Origin: Mayamaea pseudoterrestris
Lineage: Eukaryota
Direction of reading: 5' to 3'
DNA length: 64,000 nt
Assembly (NCBI GenBank): GCA_027923505.1
Contig: BROI01000030.1
Span: 1 to 64,000, forward strand
Shown: positions 37,601 through 52,600 of the stretch, in pieces
Numbering within the stretch: position 1 is the first letter of the stretch
Layout: every line of letters begins with the position of its first letter
Made by a program: the position numbers and the translations under genes
Notes under the pieces: generated by a model
What the model was told of the DNA's origin: nothing
The model's input: only the letters and a program-made list of their open reading frames with translations
The model's database searches: none

Positions 37601-40600
37601 ATTCTGGTGTCATTTGGGTGTATACATGGCCTGCTGTAGGGGCGTTTGAATGTCACGGCATCTGCAGGCTGAGACTGGTGACAAGTTGTCACCAATATCA
37701 TTGCTGTCCCCTGAGACAATAGCTAGGCATACCATCTTGTAGCGCAGCCTGAATAATGATGTTGGCACCATTCTGGTGTCATTTGGGTGTATACATGGCC
37801 TGCTGTATGGTATGGGCGTTTGAATGTCACGGCATCTGCAGGCTGAGACTGGTGACAAGTTGTCACCAATATCATTACCATCCCCTGAGACACTAGCCAG
37901 GCATACCATCTTGTAGCGCAGCCTGAATAATGATGTTGGCACCATTCTGGTGTCATTTGGGTGTATACATGGCCTGCTGAAGGGGCGTTTGAATGTCCAG
38001 CATCTGCAGGCTGAGACTGGTGACAAGTTGTCACCAATATCATTGCCATCCCCTGAGTCACTAGCCAGGCATACCATCTTGTAGCGCAGCCTGATTAATG
38101 ATGTTGGCACCATTCTGGTGTCATTTGAGTGTATACATGGCCTGCTGTAGGGGCATTTGAATGTCACGGCATCTGCAGGCTGAGACTGGTGACAAGTTGT
38201 CACCAATATCATTACCGTCCCCCTGAGACACTAGCCAGGCATACCATCTTGTAGGGCAGCCTGAATAATGATGTTGGCACTATTCTGGTGTCATTTGGGT
38301 GTACCTACATGGCCTGCTGTAGGGGCGTTTGAATGTCACGGCATCCGCAGGCTGGAGACTGGTGACAAGTTGTCACCAATATCATTGCCGTCCCCTGAGA
38401 CACTAGCCAGGCATACCATCTTGTAGCGCAGCCTGAATAATGATGTTGGCACCATTCTGGTGTCATTTGGGTGTATACATGGCCTGCTGTAGGGGCGTTT
38501 GAATGTCACGGCATCTGCAGGCTGAGACTGGTGACAAGTTGTCACCAATATCATTGCTGTCCCCTGAGACACTAGCCAGGCATACCATCTTGTTGCGCAG
38601 CCTGAATAATGATGTTGGCACCATTCTGGTGTCATTTGGGTGTATACATGGCCTGCTGTAGGAGCATTTAAATGTCACCGCATCTGCAGGCTGAGACTGG
38701 TGACAAGTTGTCACCAATATCATTGCCGTCCCCTGAGACACTAGCCAGGCATACCATCTTGTAGCGCAGCCTGAATAATGATGTTGGCACCATTCTGGTG
38801 TCATTTGGGTGTATACATGGCCTGCTGTAGGGGCGTTTGAATGTCACGGCATCTGCGGGCTGAGACTGGTGACAAGTTGTCACCAATATCATTGCCGTCC
38901 CCTGAGACACTAGCCAGGCATACCATCTTGTAGCGCAGCCTGAATAATGATATTGGCAATATTCTGATGTCATTTGGGTGTCTACATGGCCTGCTTAGGG
39001 CGTTTGAATGTCACGGCATCTGCAGGCTGAGACTGGTGACAAGTTGTCACCAATATCATTACCATCCCCTGAGACACTAGCCAGGCATACCATCTTGTAG
39101 CGCAGCCTGAATAATGATGTTGGCACCATTCTGGTGTATTTTGGGCACCTACAGGGCTTGCTGTAGGGGCGTTTGAATGTCACGGCATCTGCGGGCTGAG
39201 ACTGGTGACAAGTTGTCACCAATATCATTGCCATCCCCTGAGACACTAACCAGGCATACCATCTTGTAGCGCAGCCTGAATAATGATGTTGGCACCATTC
39301 TGGTGTCATTTGGGTGTATACATGGCCTGCTGTAGGGGCATTTGAATGTCACGGCATCTGCAGGCTGAGACTGGTGACAAGTTGTCACCAATATCATTAC
39401 CGTCCCCTGAGACACTAGCCAGGCATACCATCTTGTAGCGCAGCCTGAATAATGATGTTGGCACCATTCCGGTGTCATTTGGGTGCCTACACATGGCGCT
39501 GCTGTAGGGCGTTTGAATGTTACGCATCTGCAGGCTGAGACTGGTGACAAGTTGTCACCAATATCATTGCCGTCCCCTGAGACACTAGCCAGGCATACCA
39601 TCTTGTAGCGCAGCCTGAATATTGATGTTGGCACCATTCTGGTGTATTTGGGTGTACATGAGCCTGTTGTAGGGGCGTTTGAATGTCACGGCATCCGCAG
39701 GCTGAGACTGGTGACAAGTTGTCACCAATATCATGCCGTGCCCTGAGACACTAGCCAGGCATACCATCTTGTAGCGCAGCGTGAATAATGATGTTGGCAC
39801 CATTCTGGTGTCATTTGGGTTGCATACATGGCCTGCTGTAGGGCGTTTGAATGTCACGGCATCTGCAGGCTGAGACTGGTGACAAGTTGTCACCAATATC
39901 ATCTGCCGTCCCCTGAGACACTAGCCAGGCATATCATCTTGTAGCGCAGCCTGAATAATGATCGTTGGCACCATTTGGGTGTCATTTGTGGTGAGATACA
40001 TGGCCTGCTGTAGGGGCTTTTGAATGTTCACGGCATCTGCAGGCTGAGACTGTTGACAAATTGTGCACCAATATCATTACCGTCCCCTGAGACACTAGCC
40101 AGGCATACCATCTTGTAGCGCAGCCTGAATAATGATGTTGGCACCATTCTGGTGTCATTTGGGTGTATACATGGCCTGCTGTACGGGCGTTTGAATGTCC
40201 ACGGCATACTGGCTGAGACTGGTGACAAGTTGTCACCAATATCATTGCCGTCCCGGACACTAGCCAGGCATACCATCTTGTAGCGCAGTTTGAATAATGA
40301 TGTTGGCACCATTCTGGTGTCATTAGGGTTGTATACATGCCTGCTGCAGGGGCGTTTGAATGTCAGGCATCTGCAGGCTGAGACTGGTGACAAGTTGTCA
40401 CCAATATCATTGCCGTCCCCTGAGACACTAGCCAGGCATACCATCTTGTAGCGCAGTTTGATTGATGATGTTGGCACCATTCTGGTGTAATTTGGGTGTA
40501 TACATGGCCTGCTTGTAACAATGTCACGATCTGCAGGCTGAGACTGGTGACAAGTTGTCACCAACATTGCCGTCCTGGACATAGGATACCATTGTTGCGC

Positions 40601-43600
40601 AGTCTGATTATGATGTTGGCACCATTCTGGTGTCATTTGGGTGTATACATGGCCTGCTGTACGGTAGGGGCATTTGAATGTCACGGCATCTGCAGGCTGA
40701 GACTGGTGACAAGTTGTCACCAATATCATTACCGTCCCTTGAGACACTAGCCAGGCATACCATCTTGTAGCGCAGCCTGAATAATGATGTTGGCACCATT
40801 CTGGTGTCATTTGGGTGTATACATGTCCTGCAGAGGCGTTTGAATGTCATGGCATCTGGCAGGCTGAGACTGGTGACAAGTTGTCACCAATATCATTCTG
40901 CTGTCCCCTGAGACACTAGCCAGGCATACCATCTTGTAGAGCAGCCTGAATAATGATGTTGGCAATATTCTGGTGCATTTGGGTCTTCACATGGCCTGCT
41001 GTAGGGCGTTTGAATGTCACGGCATCTGCAGGCTGAGACTGGTGAAAGTTGTCACCATTCATTGCCGTCCCTGAGACACTAGCCAGGTATACCATCTTGT
41101 AGCGCAGCCTGAATAATGATGTTGGCAATATTCTGGTGTTATTTGGTTGTATACATGGCCTGCTGTAGGGGCGTTTGAATGTCACGGCATCTGCAGGCTG
41201 AGACTGGTGACAAGTTGTCATCAATATCATTGCCGTCCCCTGAGACACTAGCCAGGCATACCATCTTGTTGCGCAGCCTGAATAATGATGTTGGCACCAT
41301 TCTGGTGTCATTTGGGTGTATACCTTGGCCTGCTGTAGGGCGTTTGAATGTCACGCATCTGCAGGCTGAGACTGGTGACAAGTTGTCACCAATATCATTG
41401 CCATCCCCTGAGACACTAGCCAGGCATACCATCTTGTAGCGCATGCCTGAATAATGATGTTGGCACCATTCTGGTGTCATTTGGGTGTATATGGCTGCTG
41501 TAGAGCGTTTGAATGTCACGGTATCTGCAGGCTGAGATTGTGACAAGTTGTCACCAATATCATTGCTGTCCCCTGAGACACTAGCCAGGCATACCATCTT
41601 GTAGCGCAGCTGATTGAAAACAAATTTGCGTGTATTTGAGACCGGTCTGTAGGTTTGAATGTCATGGATTGCGGGCTGAGACTGTGACAAGTTGTCACGT
41701 CATTGCCGTCCCCTGAGACACTAGCCAGGCATACCATCTCTGTAGCGCAGCCCGAATATGATGTTGGCACCATTCTGGTGTATTTGGGTGTGTACATGGC
41801 CTGCTGTAGAGTATTTGAATGTCACGGATCTGCAGGCTGAGACTGTGACAAATTGTCACCAATATCATTGTGTCCCCTGGACATGAGGCGCAGGAAGATT
41901 TTGGCATCATTCGTAAAGGTCTGTAGGGTGTTTGAAGTCACGGATAAAGTGTCGGGAGATCAGACAAGTTGTCACCAATATGGGCCTGAGACACAGCCAG
42001 GCATACCCATTGTAGCGCAGCTGAATGATGATGTTGGCACCATTCTGGAGTCATTAGGGTGTATACATGGCCTGCTGTAGGGCGTTTGAATTGTTGGCAT
42101 CTGCAGAAGGAGACTGGTGACAAGTTGTCACCAATATCATTGCCCGTCCCCAGACAATGCCAGGCATACATTGTTGCGCCGCTGAATAATGATGTTGGCA
42201 CCATTCTGGTGTCATTTGGGTGTATACGTGGCCTGCTGTAGGGGCGTTTGAATGTCACGGCATTGGTGGGCTGAGACAAGCTGTCACCAATACATTGCCA
42301 TCCCTGAGACACTAGCCAGGCATACCCATCTTGTAGCGCAGCCTGAATAATGATGTTGGCACCATTCTGGTGTCACTTGGGTGTATACATTGGCCTGCTG
42401 TAGGGGGCATTTGAATGTCACGGCATTTGTGCAGGAGAAGACAAGTTGTCACCAATATCATTACTGTCCCCGAGACACTAGCCAGGCATACCCATCTGTA
42501 CGCAGCCTAAATAATGATGTTGGCACCATTCTGGTGATTTTGGGCACCTACAGGGCTTGCTGTAGGGCGTTTGAATGTCACGGATCTCGGGGCTGAGACT
42601 GGTGACAAGTTGTCACCAATATCATTCCGGAAACACAGCCAGGATAACATCTTGTAGCGCGGTTGAATAATGATGATGGACCATTCTGGTGTTTTTGGGG
42701 CACCTACAGGGCTTGCTGTAGGGGCGTTTGAATATCACGGTTTGCGTGGCTGAGACTGTGACAAGTTGTCACCACTCCATTGCTGTCCCCGAGACACTAA
42801 GCAGGCATACCATCTTGTAGCGCAGTGAATGATGCGTGGTACTATTCTGGTGACATTTGGGGTATAATGGCTGCTGTAGGGGAATGTCACGGCATTGCAG
42901 TAGCTGGCGAAGTGACAAGTTATCACACAATATCATTGTCATTCTCTGAGACACTAGCCAGGTATACCATCTTGTAGCGCGCCTAAATAATGATGTGCTG
43001 GCACCATTCTGGCATTGTGTACTACAGGTGGGCGAGGGGCGTTTGAATGTCATGGCATATGTGAGACTGGTGTGACAAGTTGTCACCAATATCATTGTGT
43101 CCTGAGACACAGCCAGGCATACCATCTGTAGCGCAGCTTGAATAAAGATGTTGGCAATATTCTGTGATATTTGGTATATACATGGCTGCTGTAGGGGTGT
43201 TTGAATGTCACGGCATCTGCAGGCTGAGACTGTGACAAGTTGTCACCAATATCATTGTCGCTTGAGACACTCAGCCAGGTATACATCTGTTGCGCAGCCT
43301 GAATAATGTTGGCACCATTCTGGTATCATTTGGGTGTATACATGGCTGGCTGTAGGGCGTGAATGAGTCGCAGGGAGACTGGTGACAAATTGTCACCAAT
43401 ATCATTGCTGTCCCCGAGACACTAGCCAGGCATACCATCTTGTAGCGCAGCCTAAAAATGATGCTGGCACCATTCTGGTGTGTATTTGGCATACTGGTAC
43501 CTGCAGAAGGGTTTGAATGTCACGGCATCTGCAGGCTGAGTGACAAGTTGTCACCAATATCATTGCTGTCCCCTGAGACACAGAGCCAGGCATATTATCT

Positions 43601-46600
43601 TGTAGTGCAGCCTGCATAATGATGTTGGCACCATCCGTGTCAATTGGGTGTATACATAGCTTGCTGTAGGGGCGTTTGAAATGTCACGGATCTGCAGGCG
43701 CTGAGACTGGTGACAAGTTTTGTCACCAATATCATTGCTCAGTCCGACACAGCAGGTACATTGTTGTGCAGCCGAATAATGTTGGACCATTTGGTGTCAT
43801 TTGGGTGTACATGGGCTGTAGGGGCTGCTTTGAATGTGGATTGGGTGAGAGTGTTGTCACAAGGTCCCCCAGAGACACAGTCACGCATACCAGCTTGTTG
43901 CGCAGCGATGTTGGACCATTCTGCGAAGGGGCAGTGTCTTTCGTCTTAGGGGCGTTTGAATGTCACGGCATCTGAGCTGAGATTCGACAAGTTGTCACAA
44001 TTCATCCCTGAGACACAAGCCAGGCATACCATCTTGTAGCAGCCTGAATAATGATGTTGGCACCACTTCTGGTGTCATTTGGAGTATTGGGTGTAGTTGG
44101 CAGGAGAGTGAAAGATGTCACAATATCATCGCCTGAGACACTAGCCAGGATACCATCTTGTTAGAGCAGCGCAAATGATGTTGGCACATTCTGTGGACAA
44201 CGCTTGGTTTAATGTCAGGATCTCAGGTGAGACGTGACAAGTTGTCACCAATATCATTGCATCCTGAGACAAGCAGGATACCCTCTTGTAGCACAGCCTG
44301 AATAATGATGTTGGCACCATTCTGGTGTATTTGTGTGTAACATGGTTCTGTAGGGGCGTTTGAATGTCACGGTATCGAGTGAGACTGGTGACAAGTTGTC
44401 ACCAATAATTGGTCCCGGAGACACAGCAGGATACCATTTGTTGCGCAGCTGAATATGATGTTGGCACCATTCTGGTGTATTGGGTGTACACATGGCCTGC
44501 TGTGGGCGGAATGTCACGGATCTGCAGGCTGAGACTGGTGACAAGTTGTCACCAATATCATTGCGTCCCCTGAGACACAAGCCAGGCATACCATCTTGTT
44601 GCGCAGCTGAAAATGATGTTGGCACCATTCTGTGTCAGGGTGTATACATGCTGTGTAGGGGCATTTGAATTACGGTCTGCGGGCTGGAGACTGGTGACAA
44701 GTTGTCACCAATACATTGCCATCCCTGGAGACACTAGCCAGGATACCATGTGTAGCGCAGCTGAATAATGATGTTGGCACCATTCTGGTGTCATTTTTGG
44801 TGTACCTACATGGCCCGCTGTAGGGGGTATTTGAATGTCACGGCATCTGCAGGCTGAGACTGGTGACAAGTGTCACCAATATCATTCCCCCCTGAGACAC
44901 TAGCCAGGCATACCATCTTGTAGCGCAGCCTGAATAATGATGTTGGCACCATTCTGGTGTCATTTGGTGTACCTACATGGCCCGCTGTAGGGCGTTTGAA
45001 TGTCACTTTGGCAGGAGACACGGTGACAAGTTGTCACCAATATCAATCCATCCCCTGAGACACTAGCCAGGCATATCATCTTTAGCGCAGCCTGAATAAT
45101 GATGGGCTAGTCATCGAGGGAGATGACGTTGTCACCAATATCATTGCGTCCCCCGAGACACGCAGGATACCATTTGTAGCGCAGCCTGAATAATGATGTT
45201 GGCACCATTCTGGGGTGACATGGGTGGGGCCGAATGTCACGGTTGCGGGCTGAGACCGGGTGACAAGTTGTCACAATACATTGGTCCGAACAGAGTATAC
45301 CATTGTATCGCAGCCTGAATAAGATGTTGGCAAATTGCAGCGCTGTGGTGTGTTTGAATGTCACGGCAATCGCAGGCTGAGACCGGTGACAAGTGTCACC
45401 AATATCACTTCCCCGAGAACTAGCCAGGTATACCATCTTGTAGCGCAGCTGAATATGATGTTGGCACCATTCTGGTGTATTTGACACCTAAGGTGTAGGG
45501 GCGTTTGAATGTCATGGATCTGCGGTTGAGACTGGTGACAAGTTGTCACCAATATCATTGCCGTCCCCTAAGACACTAGCCAGGCATACCATCTTGTTGC
45601 GCAGTGAAAAAGATGTTGGCACCATTCTGGTGACATTTGGGTGTATACATGGCCTTAGGTGGATGGGGGTGTCACCAATATCATTGCTGAGACACAAGCA
45701 GGCATATCATCTTGTTGCAAGCTGAAAATGATGCTGGCACCATTCTGGTGTAATTTGGGAGGCTGCTGTAGGGGCGTTTGAATGTGGGTGCGTGTTGAGA
45801 GACAAGTTGTCACCCTGAGACACAGCAGGATACCATGTTGCGCAGCCTGAATAAACCGTTCACGGAGGAGGGAGTGTCACCAAACTTCGTCGAGACACCA
45901 GCCAGGCATACCATCTTGTCGTGCAGTTGAATGATGATGTTGGCACCATTCTGGTGTATTTGGTGCCACAGGCTGTGTGGGAATGTCACGCATATTGAGA
46001 CTGGTGACAGGTTGTCACCAATATATTGTCAGTCCCGAGACACTCAGCCAGGCATACCATCTTGTAAAGTGAGTTCTGAATAATGATGTTGGTGTTCACC
46101 TCTGTGTTATTTGCTGTATACATGGCTCCGCTGGGGCGTTTGAATGTCACGGACTGCAGGTTGAGACTGGTGTTGTCACCAATACTACTCTCCCCGAGAC
46201 ACTAGCCAGGCATACCATCTTGTTGCGCAGCCTGAATATTTATGCTATGTCTTTTCTTTGGTATCATTTGGTTGTATACATGGCCTGCTGTAGGTTTTGG
46301 GATCTGTAGGCTGAGACTGGTGACAAATTGTCACCATCATTTTCCCCTGAGACATACCAGATACGGCAGCTGAATTGATGTTGGCACCATTCCTGGTGTT
46401 ATTTGGTGTACCTACATGGTGCTGTGGGGGGCGTTTGAATGTACTAGTGACAAGTTGTCACCAATATCATTCGGGCTGAACTAGCCAGGCATACCATCTT
46501 GTTAAAAGCAGGTGAGTTGGACATTCCGTCCTAGGTCAAAGTTGAATAGGAGTGGTGAGACTGGACAAGTTGTCACCAAATTTGCCGTCTGGAGACACCA

Positions 46601-49600
46601 GGTGGCAGTCTTTGGAAAGTCAAGAATGGCATCTGCAGGCTGAGACTGGTGACAAGTTGTCACCAATATCATTGCCATCCCCTGAGACACTAGCCAGGCA
46701 TACCATCTTGTAGCGCAGCCTGAATAATGATGTTGGCACCATTCTGGTGTCATTTGGGTGTATACATGGCCTGCTGTAGGAGCGTTTGAATGTCACGGCA
46801 TCTGCAGGCTGAGACTGGTGACAAGTTGTCACCAATATCATTGCCATCCCCTGAGACATTAACCAGGCATACCATCTTGTAGCGCCGCCTGAATAATGAT
46901 GTTGGCACCATTCTGGTGTCATTTGGACACCTACAGGGCCTGCTGTAGGGGCGTTTGAATGTCACGGCATCTGCAGGCTGAGACTGGTGACAAGTTGTCA
47001 CCAATATCATTGCCATCCCCTGAGACACTAGCCAGGCATACCATCTTGTAGCGCAGCCTGAATAATGATGTTGGCACCATTCTGGTGTCATTTGGGGTAC
47101 TACATGGCCTGCTGTAGGGGCGTTTGAATGTCACGGCATCTGCAGGCTGAGACTGGTGACAAGTTGTCACCAATATCATTGCTGTCCCCTGAGACACACT
47201 AGCCGGCATACCATCTTGTAGCGCAGCCTGAATAATGATGTTGGCACTATTCTGGTGTGCATTTGGCTGCATGGCCTGCTGTGGTTGTGCACGGCATCTG
47301 CGGCTGAGACTGGTGACAAGTTGTCACCAAAATTCATTACCATCCCCTAGACCACGCCATCAATCTTGGCCGATGGTTGAGTCTGGCATTCGCGGACACG
47401 GGATCCGGCATACGTGCAGTTGTTCATCGCCGCAAGACCATACCTTTGCGGCCTGGATATGATGTTGGCCACCCACTGTGAATTCGTGGAACGGCTGCTG
47501 AAGGCGTTTGAATGTCACGCGCATCAGGCTGAGACTGGTGACAAGTTGTCACCAATATCATTGCCGTCCCCTGAGACACTAGCCAGGCATACCATCTTGT
47601 AGCGCAGCCTGAATAATGATGTTGGCACCATTCTGGTGTCATTTGGGTGCATACATGGCCTGCTGTAGGGGCGTTTGAATGTCACGGCATCTGCAGGCTG
47701 AGACTGGTGACAAGTTGTCACCAATATCATTGCTGTCCCCTGAGACACTAGCCAGGCATACCATCTTGTTGCGCAGCCTGAATAATGATGTTGGCACCAT
47801 TCTGGTGTCATTTGGGTATATTCATGGCCTGCTGTATGGGGCGTTTGAATGTCACGGCATCTGCAGGCTGAGACTGGTGACAAGTTGTCACCAATATCAT
47901 TGCCGTCCCCTGAGACACTAGCCAGGCATACCATCTTGTAGCGCAGCCTGAATAATGATGTTGGCACCATTCTGGTGTCATTTGGGTACCTACATGGCCT
48001 GCTGTAGGGGGTTTGAATGTCACGGCATCTGCAGGCTGAGACTGGTGACAAGTTGTCACCAATATCATTGCCGTCCCCTGAGACACTAGCCAGGCATACC
48101 ATCTTGTAGCGCAGCCTGAATAATGATGTTGGCATAATTCTGGTGTGTTTTGTGATTTTTCATGGCCTGCTGTAGGGGCGTTTGAATGTCACGGCATCTG
48201 CAGGCTGAGACTGGTGACAAGTTGTCACCAATATCATTGCCGTCCCCTGAGACACTAGCCAGGCATATCATCTTGTAGCGCAGCCTGAATAATGATGTTG
48301 GCACCATTCTGGTGTCATTTGGGTGTACTACAGGGCCTGCTGTAGGGGCGTTTGAATGTCACGGCATCTGCAGGCTGAGACTGGTGACAAGTTGTCACCA
48401 ATATCATTGCCGTCCCCTGAGACACTAGCCAGGCATACCATCTTGTAGCGCAGCCTGAATAATGATGTTGGCACCATTCTGGTGTCATTTGGGTGTACTA
48501 CATGGCCTGCTGTAGGGGCGTTTGAATGTCACGGCATCTGCAGGCTGAGACTGGTGACAAGTTGTCACCAATATCATTGCCGTCCCCTGAGACACTAGCC
48601 AGGCATACCATCTTGTAGCGCAGCCTGAATAATGATGTTGGCACCATTCTGGTGTCATTTGGGTGTATACATGGCCTGCTGTAGGGGCGTTTGAATGTCA
48701 CGGCATCTGCAGGCTGAGACTGGTGACAAGTTGTCACCAATATCATTGCCGTCCCCTGAGACACTAGCCAGGCATACCATCTTGTTGCGCAGCCTGAATA
48801 ATGATGTTGGCACCATTCTGGTGTCATTTGGGGTACTACATGGCCTGCTGTAGGGGCGTTTGAATGTCACGGCATCTGCAGGCTGAGACTGGTGACAAGT
48901 TGTCACCAATATCATTGCCGCACCCCTGAGACACTAGCCAGGCATACCATCTTGTAGCGCAGCTTGAATAAAGATGTTGGCAATATTCTGGTGTCATTTG
49001 GGTGTATACATGGCCTGCTGTAGGGGCGTTTGAATGTCACGGCATCTGCAGGCTGAGACTGGTGACAAGTTGTCACCAATATCATTGCCGTCCCCTGAGA
49101 CACTAGCCAGGCATACCATCTTGTAGCGCAGCCTGAATAATGATGTTGGCACCATTCTGGTGTCATTTGGGTGTATACATGGCCTGCTGTAGGGGCGTTT
49201 GAATGTCACGGCATCTGCAGGCTGAGACTGGTGACAAGTTGTCACCAATATCATTGCCGTCCCCTGAGACACTAGCCAGGCATACCATCTTGTAGCGCAG
49301 CCTGAATAATGATGTTGGCACCATTCTGGTGTCATTTGGGTGTATACATGGCCTGCTGTAGGGGCGTTTGAATGTCACGGCATCTGCAGGCTGAGACTGG
49401 TGACAAGTTGTCACCAATATCATTGCCGTCCCCTGAGACACTAGCCAGGCATACCATCTTGTAGCGCAGCCTGAATAATTATGTTTGCACCATGCTGGGT
49501 TCATTTGGGTGTATACATGGCCTGCTGTAGGGGCGTTTGAATGTCACGGCATCTGCGGGCTGAGACTGGTGACAAGTTGTCACCAATATCATTGCCGTCC

Positions 49601-52600
49601 CCTGAGACACTAGCCAGGCATACCATCTTGTAGCGCAGCCTGAATAATGATGTTGGCACCATTCTGGTGTCATTTGGGTGTATACATGGCCTGCTGTAGG
49701 GGCGTTTGAATGTCACGGCATCTGCAGGCTGAGACTGGTGACAAGTTGTCACCAATATCATTGCCGTCCCCTGAGACACTAGCCAGGCATACCATCTTGT
49801 AGCGCAGCCTGAATAATGATGTTGGCACCATTCTGGTGTCATTTGGGTGTATACATGGCCTGCTGTAGGGGCGTTTGAATGTCACGGCATCTGCGGGCTG
49901 AGACTGGTGACAAGTTGTCACCAATATCATTGCCGTCCCCTGAGACACTAGCCAGGCATACCATCTTGTAGCGCAGCCTGAATAATGATGTTGGCACCAT
50001 TCTGGTGTCATTTGGGTGTATACATGGCCTGCTGTAGGGGCATTTGAATGTCACGGCATCTGCAGGCTGAGACTGGTGACAAGTTGTCACCAATATCATT
50101 GCCGTCCCCTGAGACACTAGCCAGGCATACCATCTTGTAGCGCAGCCTGAATAAGGATGTTGGCACCATTCTGGTGTCATTTGGGGCACCTACATGGCCT
50201 GCTGTAGGGGCGTTTGAATGTCACGGCATCTGCAGGCTGAGACTGGTGACAAGTTGTCACCAATATCATTGCCGTCCCCTGAGACACTAGCCAGGCATAC
50301 CATCTTGTAGCGCAGCCTGAATAATGATGTTGGCACCATTCTGGTGTCATTTGGGTGTATACATGGCCTGCTGTAGGGGCGTTTGAATGTCACGGCATCT
50401 GCAGGCTGAGACTGGTGACAAGTTGTCACCAATATCATTGCCGTCCCCTGAGACACTAGCCAGGCATACCATCTTGTAGCGCAGCCTGAATAATGATGTT
50501 GGCACCATTCTGGTGTCATTTGGGTGTATACATGGCCTGCTGTAGGGGCGTTTGAATGTCACGGCATCTGCAGGCTGAGACTGGTGACAAGTTGTCACCA
50601 ATATCATTGCCGTCCCCTGAGACACTAGCCAGGCATACCATCTTGTAGCGCAGCCTGAATAATGATGTTGGCACCATTCTGGTGTCATTTGGGTGTATAC
50701 ATGGCCTGCTGTAGGGGCGTTTGAATGTCACGGCATCTGCAGGCTGAGACTGGTGACAAGTTGTCACCAATATCATTGCCGTCCCCTGAGACACTAGCCA
50801 GGCATACCATCTTGTAGCGCAGCCTGAATAATGATGTTGGCACCATTCTGGTGTCATTTTGGGTACCTACAGGCCTTGATGTAGGGGCGTTTGAATGTCA
50901 CGGCATCTGCAGGCTGAGACTGGTGACAAGTTGTCACCAATATCATTGCCGTCCCCTGAGACACTAGCCAGGCATACCATCTTGTTGCGCAGCCTGAATA
51001 ATGATGTTGGCACCATTCTGGTGTCATTTGGGTGTATACATGGCCTGCTGTAGGGGCGTTTGAATGTCACGGCATCTGCAGGCTGAGACTGGTGACAAGT
51101 TGTCACCAATATCATTGCCGTCCCCTGAGACACTAGCCAGGCATACCATCTTGTAGCGCAGCCTGAATAATGATGTTGGCACCATTCTGGTGTCATTTGG
51201 GTGTATACATGGCCTGCTGTAGGGGCGTTTGAATGTCACGGCATCTGCAGGCTGAGACTGGTGACAAGTTGTCACCAATATCATTGCCGTCCCCTGAGAC
51301 ACTAGCCAGGCATACCATCTTGTAGCGCAGCCTGAATAATGATGTTGGCACCATTCTGGTGTCATTTGGGTATATACATGGCCTGCTGTAGGGGCGTTTG
51401 AATGTCACGGCATCTGCAGGCTGAGACTGGTGACAAGTTGTCACCAATATCATTGCCGTCCCCTGAGACACTAGCCAGGCATACCATCTTGTAGCGCAGC
51501 CTGAATAATGATGTTGGCACCATTCTGGTGTCATTTGGGTGTATACATGGCCTGCTGTAGGGGCGTTTGAATGTCACGGCATCTGCAGGCTGAGACTGGT
51601 GACAAGTTGTCACCAATATCATTGCCGTCCCCTGAGACACTAGCCAGGCATACCATCTTGTAGCGCAGCCTGAATAATGATGTTGGCACCATTCTGGTGT
51701 CATTTGGGTGTATACATGGCCTGCTGTAGGGGCGTTTGAATGTCACGGCATCTGCAGGCTGAGACTGGTGACAAGTTGTCACCAATATCATTGCCGTCCC
51801 CTGAGACACTAGCCAGGCATACCATCTTGTTGCGCAGCCTGAATAATGATGTTGGCACCATTCTGGTGTCATTTGGGTGTATACATGGCCTGCTGTAGGG
51901 GCGTTTGAATGTCACGGCATCTGCAGGCTGAGACTGGTGACAAGTTGTCACCAATATCATTGCCGTCCCCTGAGACACTAGCCAGGCATACCATCTTGTT
52001 GCGCAGCCTGAATAATGATGTTGGCACCATTCTGGTGTCATTTGGGTGTATACATGGCCTGCTGTAGGGGCATTTGAATGTCACGGCATCTGCAGGCTGA
52101 GACTGGTGACAAGTTGTCACCAATATCATTACCGTCCCCTGAGACACTAGCCAGGCATACCATCTTGTAGCGCAGCCTGAATAATGATGTTGGCACCATT
52201 CTGGTGTCATTTGGGTGTATACATGGCCTGCTGTAGGGGCGTTTGAATGTCACGGCATCTGCGGGCTGAGACTGGTGACAAGTTGTCACCAATATCATTG
52301 CCGTCCCCTGAGACACTAGCCAGGCATACCATCTTGTAGCGCAGCCTGAATAATGATGTTGGCACCATTCTGGTGTCATTTGGGTGTATACATGGCCTGC
52401 TGTAGGGGCGTTTGAATGTCACGGCATCTGCAGGCTGAGACTGGTGACAAGTTGTCACCAATATCATTGCCATCCCCTGAGACACTAGCCAGGCATACCA
52501 TCTTGTAGCGCAGCCTGAATAATGATGTTGGCACCATTCTGGTGTCATTTGGGTGTATACATGGCCTGCTGTAGGGGCGTTTGAATGTCACGGCATCTGA

